A stretch of DNA of 64,000 nucleotides, taken from the IMG/VR virus record IMGVR_UViG_3300025705_000581. One strand, written 5' to 3'. The translations under genes were made by a program, and so were the position numbers. Positions 56,501 to 64,000 of this stretch are shown here, one piece after another. The notes beneath the pieces were generated by a model, which worked only from the letters and a program-made list of their open reading frames with translations, did not search any database and was not told where the DNA came from. Source of the stretch: a virus. Numbering within the stretch: the first letter of the stretch is position 1; every line of letters starts with the position of its first letter.

Positions 56501-59500
56501 GAAGTTGATGCAAAGTCACCAAAGTAAGAAATATTGTTTGAGTCAACAAATTTTGGTGCACGCATTTCTCCGGTGTGAGAAATCCTGTCCGCATTAATAA
56601 CTGTATGGTTTGCGCCGTCGGTATAGAATTTATAACCAACATCAGAGTTGAACCACATATGGTCACTCTCAATACCGATTGAGTAATCTCTACCTGATCC
56701 AATAGGATAAAGAATTAATCTTGCACCTGTTGTGGCATCGGTAGTCGTTGGAGCTGTTGGTGTTTCGGTATCAAATTCAATCTGATGCATAACAGACTTG
56801 CCGGCAAAATCACCATAATAGTCATTATCATCATAGTCATAGTATATTGGGAAATAGGCATAAGAAGTTGCGTCAACGGCAAATGCACCACCATCGTGGT
56901 AAGTAGGCTTATTAAAAAAGAACCTAGCACGGTCAGTATCAAAATGCGAATACGTTGCATCCATTGGACCAATATCAACACGACCAGTTGGTGTTGAGAA
57001 TCTATGAGCAGAGTTAGTATTTGGGTTCCAACTATAATCTGTATCGGCGCTATCTTTAAAGATTGGCGCACGGATTTCGTGGTCAATTTGAGCATATGTA
57101 TTATTAATAACAGCACGGCGTGTTCCACCTGTGTAGAATACTTGCTGATCTGCGGCATCAAAACCAAAATAGTTATTTGTATCACCTTTATGGATAATAT
57201 AATCATCAAGCTCAATTTGATTCATTACTGACGTGCCAGCAAACTCACCTTTATAAGCGGTGTCAGTATAATCGTAATAAATTTCGGCATACATATTACC
57301 AGCGGTTGAAATGTTTTTACCGTTACGTACTTTAACGTCATTGGCATCGGTCATATAGAAACCGCCGCCTTGACCAAAACCAAGCTCATTATTTTTAAAG
57401 AACGAGGCAGTACCGTTACCTACAACATAAGCATCATTATCGCTATTTAATTGAACTGATCCGTTGACGTGTAGTTTATTATCTGTATTAGCACCAACAA
57501 GCGGTGTCATATCACCTTGAGTATATTGTGCAGTTTGGTCACCGACAATAACATCACCTGTGCTTGTATCGGCACTTAACGTAAAGTTTGCACTTGAGTC
57601 AATGATGTAGAAACCTGCATCACCTTCCATAACATTGTAAATATTTCTAAACTGGTCACCACGAATGGATAGGTCAGTTGTATCACCATCACTGAAATCA
57701 ACATATCGGTTTGTCGAAGCAAATGGGTTTGGTCCCATCGTAGAAGTTTGTTTAATACTCAATGGTGATGTTGGAGCAACATTAATACCGAAGCTTACAC
57801 CTGTCTGTAATGCAGTTGAACTTGAGTCAAGTGTTTTTACTCCACCTACAACCAATTCAAAATTATCATCGGAGTCATATCCGAAATAAGTATCAGGATC
57901 GCCGTTGTGTTTGATATAATCATTTATGATTACGTTATTCGTAAATGTGGTTGCAGCATCTGTAATTTCAACTCTAACTGCGCCACCTGTTGATAAATCA
58001 ATTTGATCCGTACCAAATGATAGTTTAGTATCGGTATCACCATTATGGAAAAGATCGCTGTCAATTCCAACCGTATTTAATACTGATGTACCTGCAGGAT
58101 CAACAAGATATGCATTGTTGTCAGAGTCAACAAATCTTGGTGCCACTACATCAACTGATGCTGTAACTGCGGTATTAGCAATCTCTAATCTTGTTACTCC
58201 GCCTGTGTCCAAATTAATTGTGTTAGTACCGAATGATAGTTTAGTATCGGTATCACCATTATGGAACAAATCATCGTCCAAGCCGATTGAGTGCAAAACA
58301 GATTCATCACCAGGATGTAGATAATATGTAATTGCATCTCGGTCATAATAAATTGGTGCATAAACAGGTAATGTAAATTCCGCGTCATTATTTGAAAGTG
58401 CAAACCTTGTTGCTCCGCCTGTGTCAAAACTTACGGTGTTTGATCCAAAGTTCATAAACGTATTAGTGTTGCCGTTGTGGAATATTTTCTGGTCAATACC
58501 AACGTCGTGTAGAACCGAGTCACCAGCAGGATCAACAAAATAGCTGTTGTCATCAGCATCTACAAACCTTGGAGCAATTGCATCGCCTGTGCTTGTGATG
58601 GTACCGGTTATTTCTGTTCCTGTTGTGCTTACATCAATTTGCTTTACACCGTTGAGGTATAGTACCCAACTATCATCGGCATCAAAACCAAAATATGAAT
58701 TTAAATCACCATTGTGGCTAACGTAATCATCAATAGATATTGAGGCAAGTACTGACCCGCTCGCAGGATCGACAAGATAAGTATTATCATCGGCATCTAC
58801 AAATTGTTTTGCAACTATGTTATTATCAACAACCCAATCAAAATTTGTATTTAATTGAGCACCATAGTTTTGGTCAGGCTTTAAGAAACCAACCACGCCA
58901 TTGTTTGAATAAAGTACACCGTTTGTACCTGTACCGTCAAGGTTAATTCTTGCCCCACCGACATTATCACCAATAGTTAAGCTGCCTTCAATAGTGATAT
59001 TACCTGTTGCGGTATCATCAGCATCTGAACGAAGAAACTGTTCCGCTTCTAAACCATCAACAGTATCAGCGTCAAATCCATTATTCGCACCTTCGTCTGC
59101 TGTAGTGATAATTCGTCCAAGGTCTGTTCCATCTGAAATAAGTTTAAAATAATCATTTGTTTCGTCCCATTGTAAAGATGAAGTTGATTCATCACCACGA
59201 AGAACTTCCCAACCAGCATTTTCTGATGGCGTACCTGTTGTAAAATTAGAATTAAGAGTAAGAATATTATCAGCAATTAAAACGGTTTCAGTATTTACAG
59301 TAGTCGTTGTACCATTAATTGTTAGGTTACCGGTGATGATATAGTCACCATCCAAAGTATCGTCAGTGTCTGAACGCACAAATTGCGTTGAATCTAAGCC
59401 ATCAAGTAAGTCGGCATCAAGGCCTGATCCTGTACCGTCGTTTCCTGCGTTCCAAAATACGTTACCCAGGTATGTTGGTTCACGTTTGAAATCAATACCG

Positions 59501-59874
59501 CCGCTATCAAACTCCAGATCAACAATATCATTATAAAGAATTTGAATACCAGGTGTTCCATCATAAAATATGATAGAGTTATCTTGACCTGTGTTTGTAA
59601 GTTTATAGTCGCCTGCGGAAATATATTGAATTTCCATTGCGTCTTGTGCTTCACCACGGAACCTTGCAACAATAGGGTTATTGAGAAGTCCTGCATCATT
59701 GAAAATATCAATAGATGGTGTAGAACCAGTCGATTGCTGAACCGTTAATTGTCCTGAAAGTTTACTTGGTCCTGTGACCTGAAGTTTATTTGTACCATCA
59801 TCGGTAGTGGTACCTACAACAACATTATTTTGGGTCTGCAGACCATTCTTTACTATAAATTTCTTATCGGCCAC
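50515..59874 (-). CDS. giant long tail fibre with C-terminal intramolecular chaperone (Peptidase S74)
   Basis: C-term SDIRYKEDI...G.TY....GVIAQQVE.V.P..V...VNY..MVGLLIE.KE plus coiled coil; about 21 copies of APxFYDxxxxxYYxxPAxxS linker. Confidence 0.92.
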   Translation of the reverse strand: MADKKFIVKNGLQTQNNVVVGTTTDDGTNKLQVTGPSKLSGQLTVQQSTGSTPSIDIFNDAGLLNNPIVARFRGEAQDAMEIQYISAGDYKLTNTGQDNSIIFYDGTPGIQILYNDIVDLEFDSGGIDFKREPTYLGNVFWNAGNDGTGSGLDADLLDGLDSTQFVRSDTDDTLDGDYIITGNLTINGTTTTVNTETVLIADNILTLNSNFTTGTPSENAGWEVLRGDESTSSLQWDETNDYFKLISDGTDLGRIITTADEGANNGFDADTVDGLEAEQFLRSDADDTATGNITIEGSLTIGDNVGGARINLDGTGTNGVLYSNNGVVGFLKPDQNYGAQLNTNFDWVVDNNIVAKQFVDADDNTYLVDPASGSVLASISIDDYVSHNGDLNSYFGFDADDSWVLYLNGVKQIDVSTTGTEITGTITSTGDAIAPRFVDADDNSYFVDPAGDSVLHDVGIDQKIFHNGNTNTFMNFGSNTVSFDTGGATRFALSNNDAEFTLPVYAPIYYDRDAITYYLHPGDESVLHSIGLDDDLFHNGDTDTKLSFGTNTINLDTGGVTRLEIANTAVTASVDVVAPRFVDSDNNAYLVDPAGTSVLNTVGIDSDLFHNGDTDTKLSFGTDQIDLSTGGAVRVEITDAATTFTNNVIINDYIKHNGDPDTYFGYDSDDNFELVVGGVKTLDSSSTALQTGVSFGINVAPTSPLSIKQTSTMGPNPFASTNRYVDFSDGDTTDLSIRGDQFRNIYNVMEGDAGFYIIDSSANFTLSADTSTGDVIVGDQTAQYTQGDMTPLVGANTDNKLHVNGSVQLNSDNDAYVVGNGTASFFKNNELGFGQGGGFYMTDANDVKVRNGKNISTAGNMYAEIYYDYTDTAYKGEFAGTSVMNQIELDDYIIHKGDTNNYFGFDAADQQVFYTGGTRRAVINNTYAQIDHEIRAPIFKDSADTDYSWNPNTNSAHRFSTPTGRVDIGPMDATYSHFDTDRARFFFNKPTYHDGGAFAVDATSYAYFPIYYDYDDNDYYGDFAGKSVMHQIEFDTETPTAPTTTDATTGARLILYPIGSGRDYSIGIESDHMWFNSDVGYKFYTDGANHTVINADRISHTGEMRAPKFVDSNNISYFGDFASTSRMNVVHLNQIQMDQTSYIIDSPSGEYGTIMVQGGKGGYAGYAIENDWVFMSDSLSNMGLYNDTDNEWVLYADRNSWTRLYGNGVHQISAEVGYALAPVQMRSPIYYDSDDTAYRGDFNAKSRMNQLALGNQGDYIGGSYPLGIWHNNRYLAGLRNSALSFANNGNYPWLVHDNYNSGSGDRDAFIIHFNGIGDRARINEDGDMLIDGEMAASNYNLNAGNENISLNPVYGPGMAETMVFDGTEYWEKRAIKALQGAENGPTTVTSEYVKNGNGPFSASYALRTSGYRDFYSDYIPVEPGEEIYGEISVRTISGSGGVVYYGIERFDKDKKPITSNTGTTYFVASNQNQTSTSWQTYRGYTTIPTSHTVYDGSDGAGCKYIRIRLLMNYSTGGALREYGPPILKRSNIQNRIRTPDSIYAASMIDSDNNSYYVDPSSTSKMNIVDASNFRDTDNTAYFMNPASGGKVAGSWDWTNGSIENLNNLSFNDPGPQEGIRWKGGNDWKIYESPNDLTTNTGGNLHFTTGTGAGTSRFRIESDGDTFTGRYSHAQRFVDADDGNYYVDPNSSSVLHNVEIRNYGLKLNRAYTHNSIWFNGGTDSNHVLWNDYYGGPGARGAAATGFDGMYWNTYRGLHLRGGSSGSHNIIVAQNDGSNGNTNKIKLYAHNVVQLETRAGYAIAPTQFRSPIFYDSDNTDYYGDFASTSRMNVIRVNQIQLDGSEYIIDSPSGEYGSIRVEGDKTSTWAGYAIRDDWVFMSNGSGEAGIYNDTRNEWMTRWFDNGRTELYYNGQWEEQSASGYMLARGSYRAPIFYDQDNTGYYANMASTSVFNNLTLNGALSTASTATFNGIMYIDNVLDYDATVVTSLTNAPISTRNRDTNVGTTDTFLPLIHTTALYNSGYRTHMNVGLYKRASGWGDNDTGMYVALGGNDSYPTKHWKLTYGHRLYNSDGYVSQNGSFRAPIFYDLDNTGYYGNFASTSRMNQINVNTTYHVSGGIAHFQTSTGSTRGYIQATETNDAHLIIATSGGEDISFRDGGVGGAWNVIMRGDGQTLFNSRIDTPIMYDRNDTGYYVDPASTTRMNVVRGNYFTNDGSVTSDDGFGMYWDSGRSTAYAIYREAGGWSNPYPDVRIAFHTGIKFGANSGYQGMRFYDDYTMATQVMSVNNGSDPLGGNNVYVNNSLQAGSSLRAPIFYDSNNTGYFVNPNATSEMVTIRADRLDMRDRGDFITFYGNDSDNHSITSRDSSGGISDDLRFNSYHNFYFNADSNNNNGNEAGIYLGQHGAGAGAITNTWVFQARNDGVTQASGSLRAPIFYDSNNTGYYCDPSDFSNFNTGVRANEFYARNWFRNDNSGEGLYNQATGQHFYSDDDDYWNIGGGSAANGIRFRDEYGGTTRGYVYANNGNNIGFLNNGGSWRFRIVSADYGLFEGSSARGQLWYDSNDTFGMFNGGSTNSTRFRGVDYQTMSYLSMPGHTRDSGEYYRARIRITSNSDYWTGAMGWGTQDMTTAVADWGSGFIDSWSNPGNQPSGTSHWVGVQAYHYSNGSNRYGWQMVGGPITNLRFRSTWGSSFRSWRTIPVLDENSTNGGSMYAGRYYDSNDSAYYGDFASTSRFNSILINFLEFNDGWDLYDDDGDTFNIRSNNDDHGEIYYRDSNGTACGRHYWDDDGSIFSMYHDNGEAIIYADEDYITYIYYNGTWEGRTRSGYFEARGSFRAPIFYDQNDTTYYTDPASTSRMNGINANIYSMNDGWDIYDDDSNTMSIRSNNDDNGEIYYRDSNGTACGRHYWDDDGSIFSMYHDNGEAIIYADEDYITYIYYNGTWEGRTRSSYFEARSSFRGPIFYDINDTTYYTNPAGTSLMNGINSYGAIQCDENITAYVDFSDIRYKEDIEVIDNAVEKVMSLDGITYKYIDRDGRHTGVIAQQVEKVLPGIVYEIDTLDPNDAGGGKRKAVNYGNMVGLLIESTKEQQETINKQQKQIDEQKKAIDKLTEMVTMLMSNKE

Positions 59875-59907
59875 GGTTCACTCTCCCCAGTTGGCGTTAT
59901 TTTTATC

Positions 59908-59915
59908 TATTTATA
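59908..59915 (-). promoter_or_regulatory. T4-type late promoter
   Basis: TATAAATA upstream of GGGGAG SD and GTG start of the fibre. Confidence 0.8.
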
Positions 59916-62334
59916 CGTCAATCAGTGTTGCCACTATTTTGTATGTTGTACTATTACTACTTGCTGGTGTTCCAACAATTTTAACGTCACCGCCACTTAA
60001 ACTTACATCATATTCTGCAAGTTCAGAACTTGTTGTAATAGTAGCAAACTCTGTTGCGTGTGCGGTTGATCCGTTATGCGTTACCAATATTTTTGTTGTA
60101 TGTCTTTCAGCACCATCTTTCGCGGTAATAACAATTTCAGCACTGCCGTAAGTAGAGGCATCAAATGTATAGAGATCCTGAGGGAAAATGGTTGATGTTG
60201 TAACCTCGGTAGAAACAGATCTTGACTCATCTTGAATAATATCATCATTGACAGTCAAGGAACCAGACATCGTATCGCCTGTTACATTAACGTATCTTAA
60301 ATCACCTTGTGCTTCTGTGATAAAATTTCTTGTTTCTTTTGTTGCTGTCTGTACGTGACCATGAGTATCAAACGTAATGCCTGTTAAGAATTCAAGTGTA
60401 CCAAATGTCTCATCGGCAACAGAAGAAGTATCGCCGTGGTCAATTGTAACATTGGCGGTTAAGGCACCACCACCTGTCAGTGCAGTACCTGCAATTACTT
60501 GTACTGTATTATCAACCTTATCACCTAAGAAGGTATCTACCTCTGTTTCAGTATAATAACGACCATCTAAATCTGTAGACGTTGTGGTTTGAGTATGACC
60601 ATAAGTATCAAAGGTTAAACCAGTAATTACATTACCATCTGCTAATGAAACATCTGTAACTGATGATGTATCGGCGTGGTCCAAAGTTATAACAATGTCG
60701 GAAGCATCATTTAAATTAAATGTGCCTGATCCGTCTATTCCTGCACCGCCAATTACTTGAACTTCACCATTACCAATTTGTCCTGCCGCAGAGTTAGCGG
60801 CTTGTGATAAAATATCAGATGCGTGTAGACCATCAAGTTTATCGGCATCAAGGTTTGATCCTGTTCCATCGTTTGACGTATCATAAAATCCAAGAGCACG
60901 AATATCAGCAGCGGTTTGGTCGGCAGTTGCACCGTCCTCAATTAAATCAAGTTTAGCACCGTCAACCGAAACGTCACGGCCATCAACAGTACCTGTAATA
61001 ATTATATTTCCATTAACTGTGATTTCATCAAACTCATCAACAGTAACATAATAACTACTTCCGTCACCAGTTTCTAAAACCAATGTGCTGTTAGCGGAAA
61101 CCCAACTAAAGTCATCAACGCCGGCAACAGCGGTTGTTGAGGCAGCAGTAATACGACCATCTTCATCAACGGTTATAACAGGAATAGCGGATGCAGTACC
61201 ATATTGCCCAGCAGTCACACCAGTATTTGCTAATTCGGTTACAAAAGAAATAGTACCAGAACTGTTTGTACCTGTACCTTCAATATCACCTGTAAGTACA
61301 ACTGTTAATCCATCGAGTTGTGCACCATCTGCTGAAACATCTCGGCCATCAACAGTACCGGCACCCACCATTGTGATTTCATCAAACTCACTAATTTCTG
61401 TTGAATAAACGGAACCGTCGGATGTAGCAATATTAAATGTTGAGTTAGCACTTGTCCAAGATGTTGCTGAAACACCAGCAACAGCAGCAGTTGTGGCGGC
61501 AGTAATACGTCCATCTTCATCAACTGTAATTACGGGCACCAATGAAGATGAACCGTAAGATCCTGCAGTTACACCAGTATTTGCTAATTCGGTTACAATA
61601 TTAAGGATTGATGTATTGGATGTGGCAGTACCTTCAATATCACCAGTTAAGTTAACGGTAATATCAGTTTCTAATGTATCTAATCTTGCACCGTCTGCAG
61701 CTATGTCACGGCCGTCTACAAGACCTGTGACAGCAATGTCACCGTTAACTGTAATGCCTGTAAACTCATTTATAACCGCGTCATAGTTGGTTCCATCGGA
61801 TGTAGCAATCCTTAGAGTGTTGTTTGCAATGGTCCATGTGAAGTCATCAACACCGCCAACAGAAGTTTCGGATGCCGCTGTAATTCTTCCGTCTTCATCA
61901 ACTGTAATAACTGGTATTTGTGAGGATGAACCATATTGTGCAGCAGTAACACCGGTATTTGCTAACTCGGTGATGAGTTCCATAACACCTGTGTTTGAAA
62001 AGGCAGTACCTGTTACTTTACCTGATAATGTTAAATCAAAGGTAGCGGGTGGTACGTTTGTAAAATTATTGTAATCAAGATAATACGTACCTTCTTGTCC
62101 ATCAAGGAGATCAGCATCTAAACCTGATGTTGCACCGTCAACGGTTTTAATAAGTGTAAGTAAATCTGCGGCGTGTGGTGATAGTTCTTCTACAAAACTA
62201 ACACTTGAATTACCCGACTTAAAGTAAACTTTACCGTCCGCGGTGTTAATAGCGATTTCGCCGAATTCTAATTGTGCTGTATTCGGTACTCGACCGGGAA
62301 TACTACTCCTACGGAGCTTAATTGTTGTTGACAT
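59911..62334 (-). CDS. virion structural/fibre protein with Mtd-N-like N-terminus and three ~120-aa repeats
   Basis: IKLRRS...G.VP....L..GEIAINT.DGK; 3x TELANTGVTA..YG....IPVITVDEDGRITAA. Confidence 0.8.
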   Translation of the reverse strand: MSTTIKLRRSSIPGRVPNTAQLEFGEIAINTADGKVYFKSGNSSVSFVEELSPHAADLLTLIKTVDGATSGLDADLLDGQEGTYYLDYNNFTNVPPATFDLTLSGKVTGTAFSNTGVMELITELANTGVTAAQYGSSSQIPVITVDEDGRITAASETSVGGVDDFTWTIANNTLRIATSDGTNYDAVINEFTGITVNGDIAVTGLVDGRDIAADGARLDTLETDITVNLTGDIEGTATSNTSILNIVTELANTGVTAGSYGSSSLVPVITVDEDGRITAATTAAVAGVSATSWTSANSTFNIATSDGSVYSTEISEFDEITMVGAGTVDGRDVSADGAQLDGLTVVLTGDIEGTGTNSSGTISFVTELANTGVTAGQYGTASAIPVITVDEDGRITAASTTAVAGVDDFSWVSANSTLVLETGDGSSYYVTVDEFDEITVNGNIIITGTVDGRDVSVDGAKLDLIEDGATADQTAADIRALGFYDTSNDGTGSNLDADKLDGLHASDILSQAANSAAGQIGNGEVQVIGGAGIDGSGTFNLNDASDIVITLDHADTSSVTDVSLADGNVITGLTFDTYGHTQTTTSTDLDGRYYTETEVDTFLGDKVDNTVQVIAGTALTGGGALTANVTIDHGDTSSVADETFGTLEFLTGITFDTHGHVQTATKETRNFITEAQGDLRYVNVTGDTMSGSLTVNDDIIQDESRSVSTEVTTSTIFPQDLYTFDASTYGSAEIVITAKDGAERHTTKILVTHNGSTAHATEFATITTSSELAEYDVSLSGGDVKIVGTPASSNSTTYKIVATLIDV

Positions 62335-62396
62335 ATCTATGCCTCTTTGTTATAATAGGTATATACCTTAAATGATAATCTATATGGTTTGTCTAA

Positions 62397-63998
62397 TTAA
62401 AATGATCCACCGTCAATCTCATTAACAGCAATTGAAACAGTTCCCGAAGTGACAGTTGTATCTACACCATCAACACCAATGAACTGTAATGTTTCACCTA
62501 AAGTGATTGCTGTATTAGCATCGGTTTCATCAGAAACAGTAAATGTCGGGTTTGCCATTTTAGCATTAGTAACACCGCCATCTTTTAATTGTAACGTATC
62601 AGCAACAATCTCAATTCCAGTGTTATCAACATTAACTGAGAAATCTGTTCCCGTTAATGTTAAACCTTCACCACCTGAATATGTGCCAGCACCAGAGAAC
62701 TGATACCAGATCACATCACCAACACCTAGAACAAATCCTTCAGCATCGGCAACTGTTGCCACATAACCTGTATTTTTATTTTGAGTACCATCAGTTACGA
62801 ATTGAAATGCACCAGGAATTTCTGATGTTTCATTAAAGTATTCACCACGAGTAAGTACCCATGCTGTTGTACCATCGCCAACAGTTGTTACTTCGTATGA
62901 ACCATTTTCAATTTCATCAGTCTGATCTTTAACAAGTACTCTATCACCAACTTCCCACTCCGTTACGCCATCCAATTCAAATGCAGCAAGTGTACCGTTA
63001 TTTGTGAGTGTCCCATCAGTGTTATTATATGTCGCATTTAAATCAGCAGTTGTTGCAGCAAGCGCCGATGGAATAACTCTTAAACCTTGAGCAACACTAT
63101 CAACATAAACCTTTGTAGCTGCATCCTGGTCATTTGTAGGATCAAGCAGGTTTAGTAATCTGTTGCTACTAAAATCAATTGTATTCGTTGATGAGTCAAT
63201 TGTGTTATTATTAAATGTAAGATCGGCAACATCTAATTGAGTTTCAATATTAACTTGTTTTAAATTTGAATCTGTGCCACCTGGGTGTAAGAAATATGAT
63301 GTGGATTCAGTATCAACAAATCTTTCGGCAATTACATCACCGCTTTCCACATAGAAATCTGATGTATCTTTACGGCCATAGAACACATAATTAAATGCGT
63401 CATTGAGCTGACCGATTTTTGTACCATCAGAATAGAGTGTTGCGGTTCCTGTAGAACCTTCCATTTTAATTTGAGCAGCGTTTTGTAAATAACCAACACG
63501 GATTGTGTTCAAACGAGATTCAGATGCAAAATCACCATAGAACCTAACATCAGAACTATCACGGAACCGAGGTGCATCAAGGTTACCGGTCATTGTATCA
63601 CCAGTTACGTTGATATATCTTGCATCAATTGTACCGACATTAAGTGCAACATTTTGAGCATATCCTGGTGCAGGTGTGCCTGTTGTTGTGATACCAAATC
63701 CTGCCGTAACAGAACCGACATAATTAGCGGTAAGTTCAACATTTAATTTATCGGTTGGGTCATCGTATGTAATAGAAACTCCGTCTTCGGTATTGTTTCT
63801 AAACATTTCACCGATAAGATCGTGTACCGTTTCTGTAAAGTCAGGAATAGCGTTTGCTTGAAGTTCAACAGGAATTTCTGTAGCGAATGTAACTTGACCT
63901 TGTTCGTTAAGAACAACACGAGCGGTAAAACCATCGTTACCATATGAGCCTGGTGTAACACCTGTATCCTGAATACCAATACTGATTGCGTTATTACC
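62397..63998 (-). CDS. virion structural/fibre protein (5' partial, frame open to window edge)
   Basis: DAATKVYVD, GDRVLVKDQ....NG.Y, W.LTR; reading frame continues upstream of 63806 without stops. Confidence 0.8.
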   Translation of the reverse strand, partial: GNNAISIGIQDTGVTPGSYGNDGFTARVVLNEQGQVTFATEIPVELQANAIPDFTETVHDLIGEMFRNNTEDGVSITYDDPTDKLNVELTANYVGSVTAGFGITTTGTPAPGYAQNVALNVGTIDARYINVTGDTMTGNLDAPRFRDSSDVRFYGDFASESRLNTIRVGYLQNAAQIKMEGSTGTATLYSDGTKIGQLNDAFNYVFYGRKDTSDFYVESGDVIAERFVDTESTSYFLHPGGTDSNLKQVNIETQLDVADLTFNNNTIDSSTNTIDFSSNRLLNLLDPTNDQDAATKVYVDSVAQGLRVIPSALAATTADLNATYNNTDGTLTNNGTLAAFELDGVTEWEVGDRVLVKDQTDEIENGSYEVTTVGDGTTAWVLTRGEYFNETSEIPGAFQFVTDGTQNKNTGYVATVADAEGFVLGVGDVIWYQFSGAGTYSGGEGLTLTGTDFSVNVDNTGIEIVADTLQLKDGGVTNAKMANPTFTVSDETDANTAITLGETLQFIGVDGVDTTVTSGTVSIAVNEIDGGSF

Positions 63999-64000
63999 AG

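Noticed and set aside
1-64000. tRNA genes or stop-codon reassignment
   Set aside because: No cloverleaf/T-loop signatures were found in the short intergenic gaps; conserved genes are full-length in the standard code and use TAA, TGA and TAG as stops

Overview
This is a 64-kb segment of a large T4-like (Tevenvirinae/cyanophage-type) myovirus. The host is probably an alphaproteobacterium such as a marine Rhodobacterales member, inferred from a GapR homologue, a SleB hydrolase and GANTC-laden promoters. The left half (1-32252, + strand) holds early/accessory genes: a large glycan biosynthesis and decoration toolkit (RmlB-like dehydratase, methyltransferase, GT17-sulfotransferase fusion, UDP-sugar dehydrogenase, cytidylyltransferase, NodU/CmcH carbamoyltransferase, two SGNH-like paralogues, PMM, GT4, APS-kinase-like pair). 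It also holds DNA ligase, a GIY-YIG nuclease, dNMP kinase, RNase H, PhoH, PAAR, a 1754-aa fibre-like protein with chaperone, an exonuclease, DUF932 and GapR. The right half (32340-64000, - strand) is the late structural block: gp23-22-21-core-20-19-18-17-16-15-14-13, a three-gene sugar cassette, and giant fibre/virion proteins. The two halves converge on a terminator near 32280. The most unusual signals are regulatory. (1) A repeated sigma70 early promoter family carries GANTC (CcrM/GcrA-type) sites at fixed positions around the -10 box. (2) A T4-style late promoter overlaps a hairpin that buries the RBS and AUG of the nuclease gene. (3) A candidate start-site-dependent terminator/antiterminator switch lies upstream of the FmdB-PhoH-PAAR genes. 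A late-expressed sugar cassette inside the fibre operon also suggests virion glycosylation. No tRNA, CRISPR array, reverse transcriptase or recombinase was seen. All product calls come from motif recognition by eye, with no database searches run.
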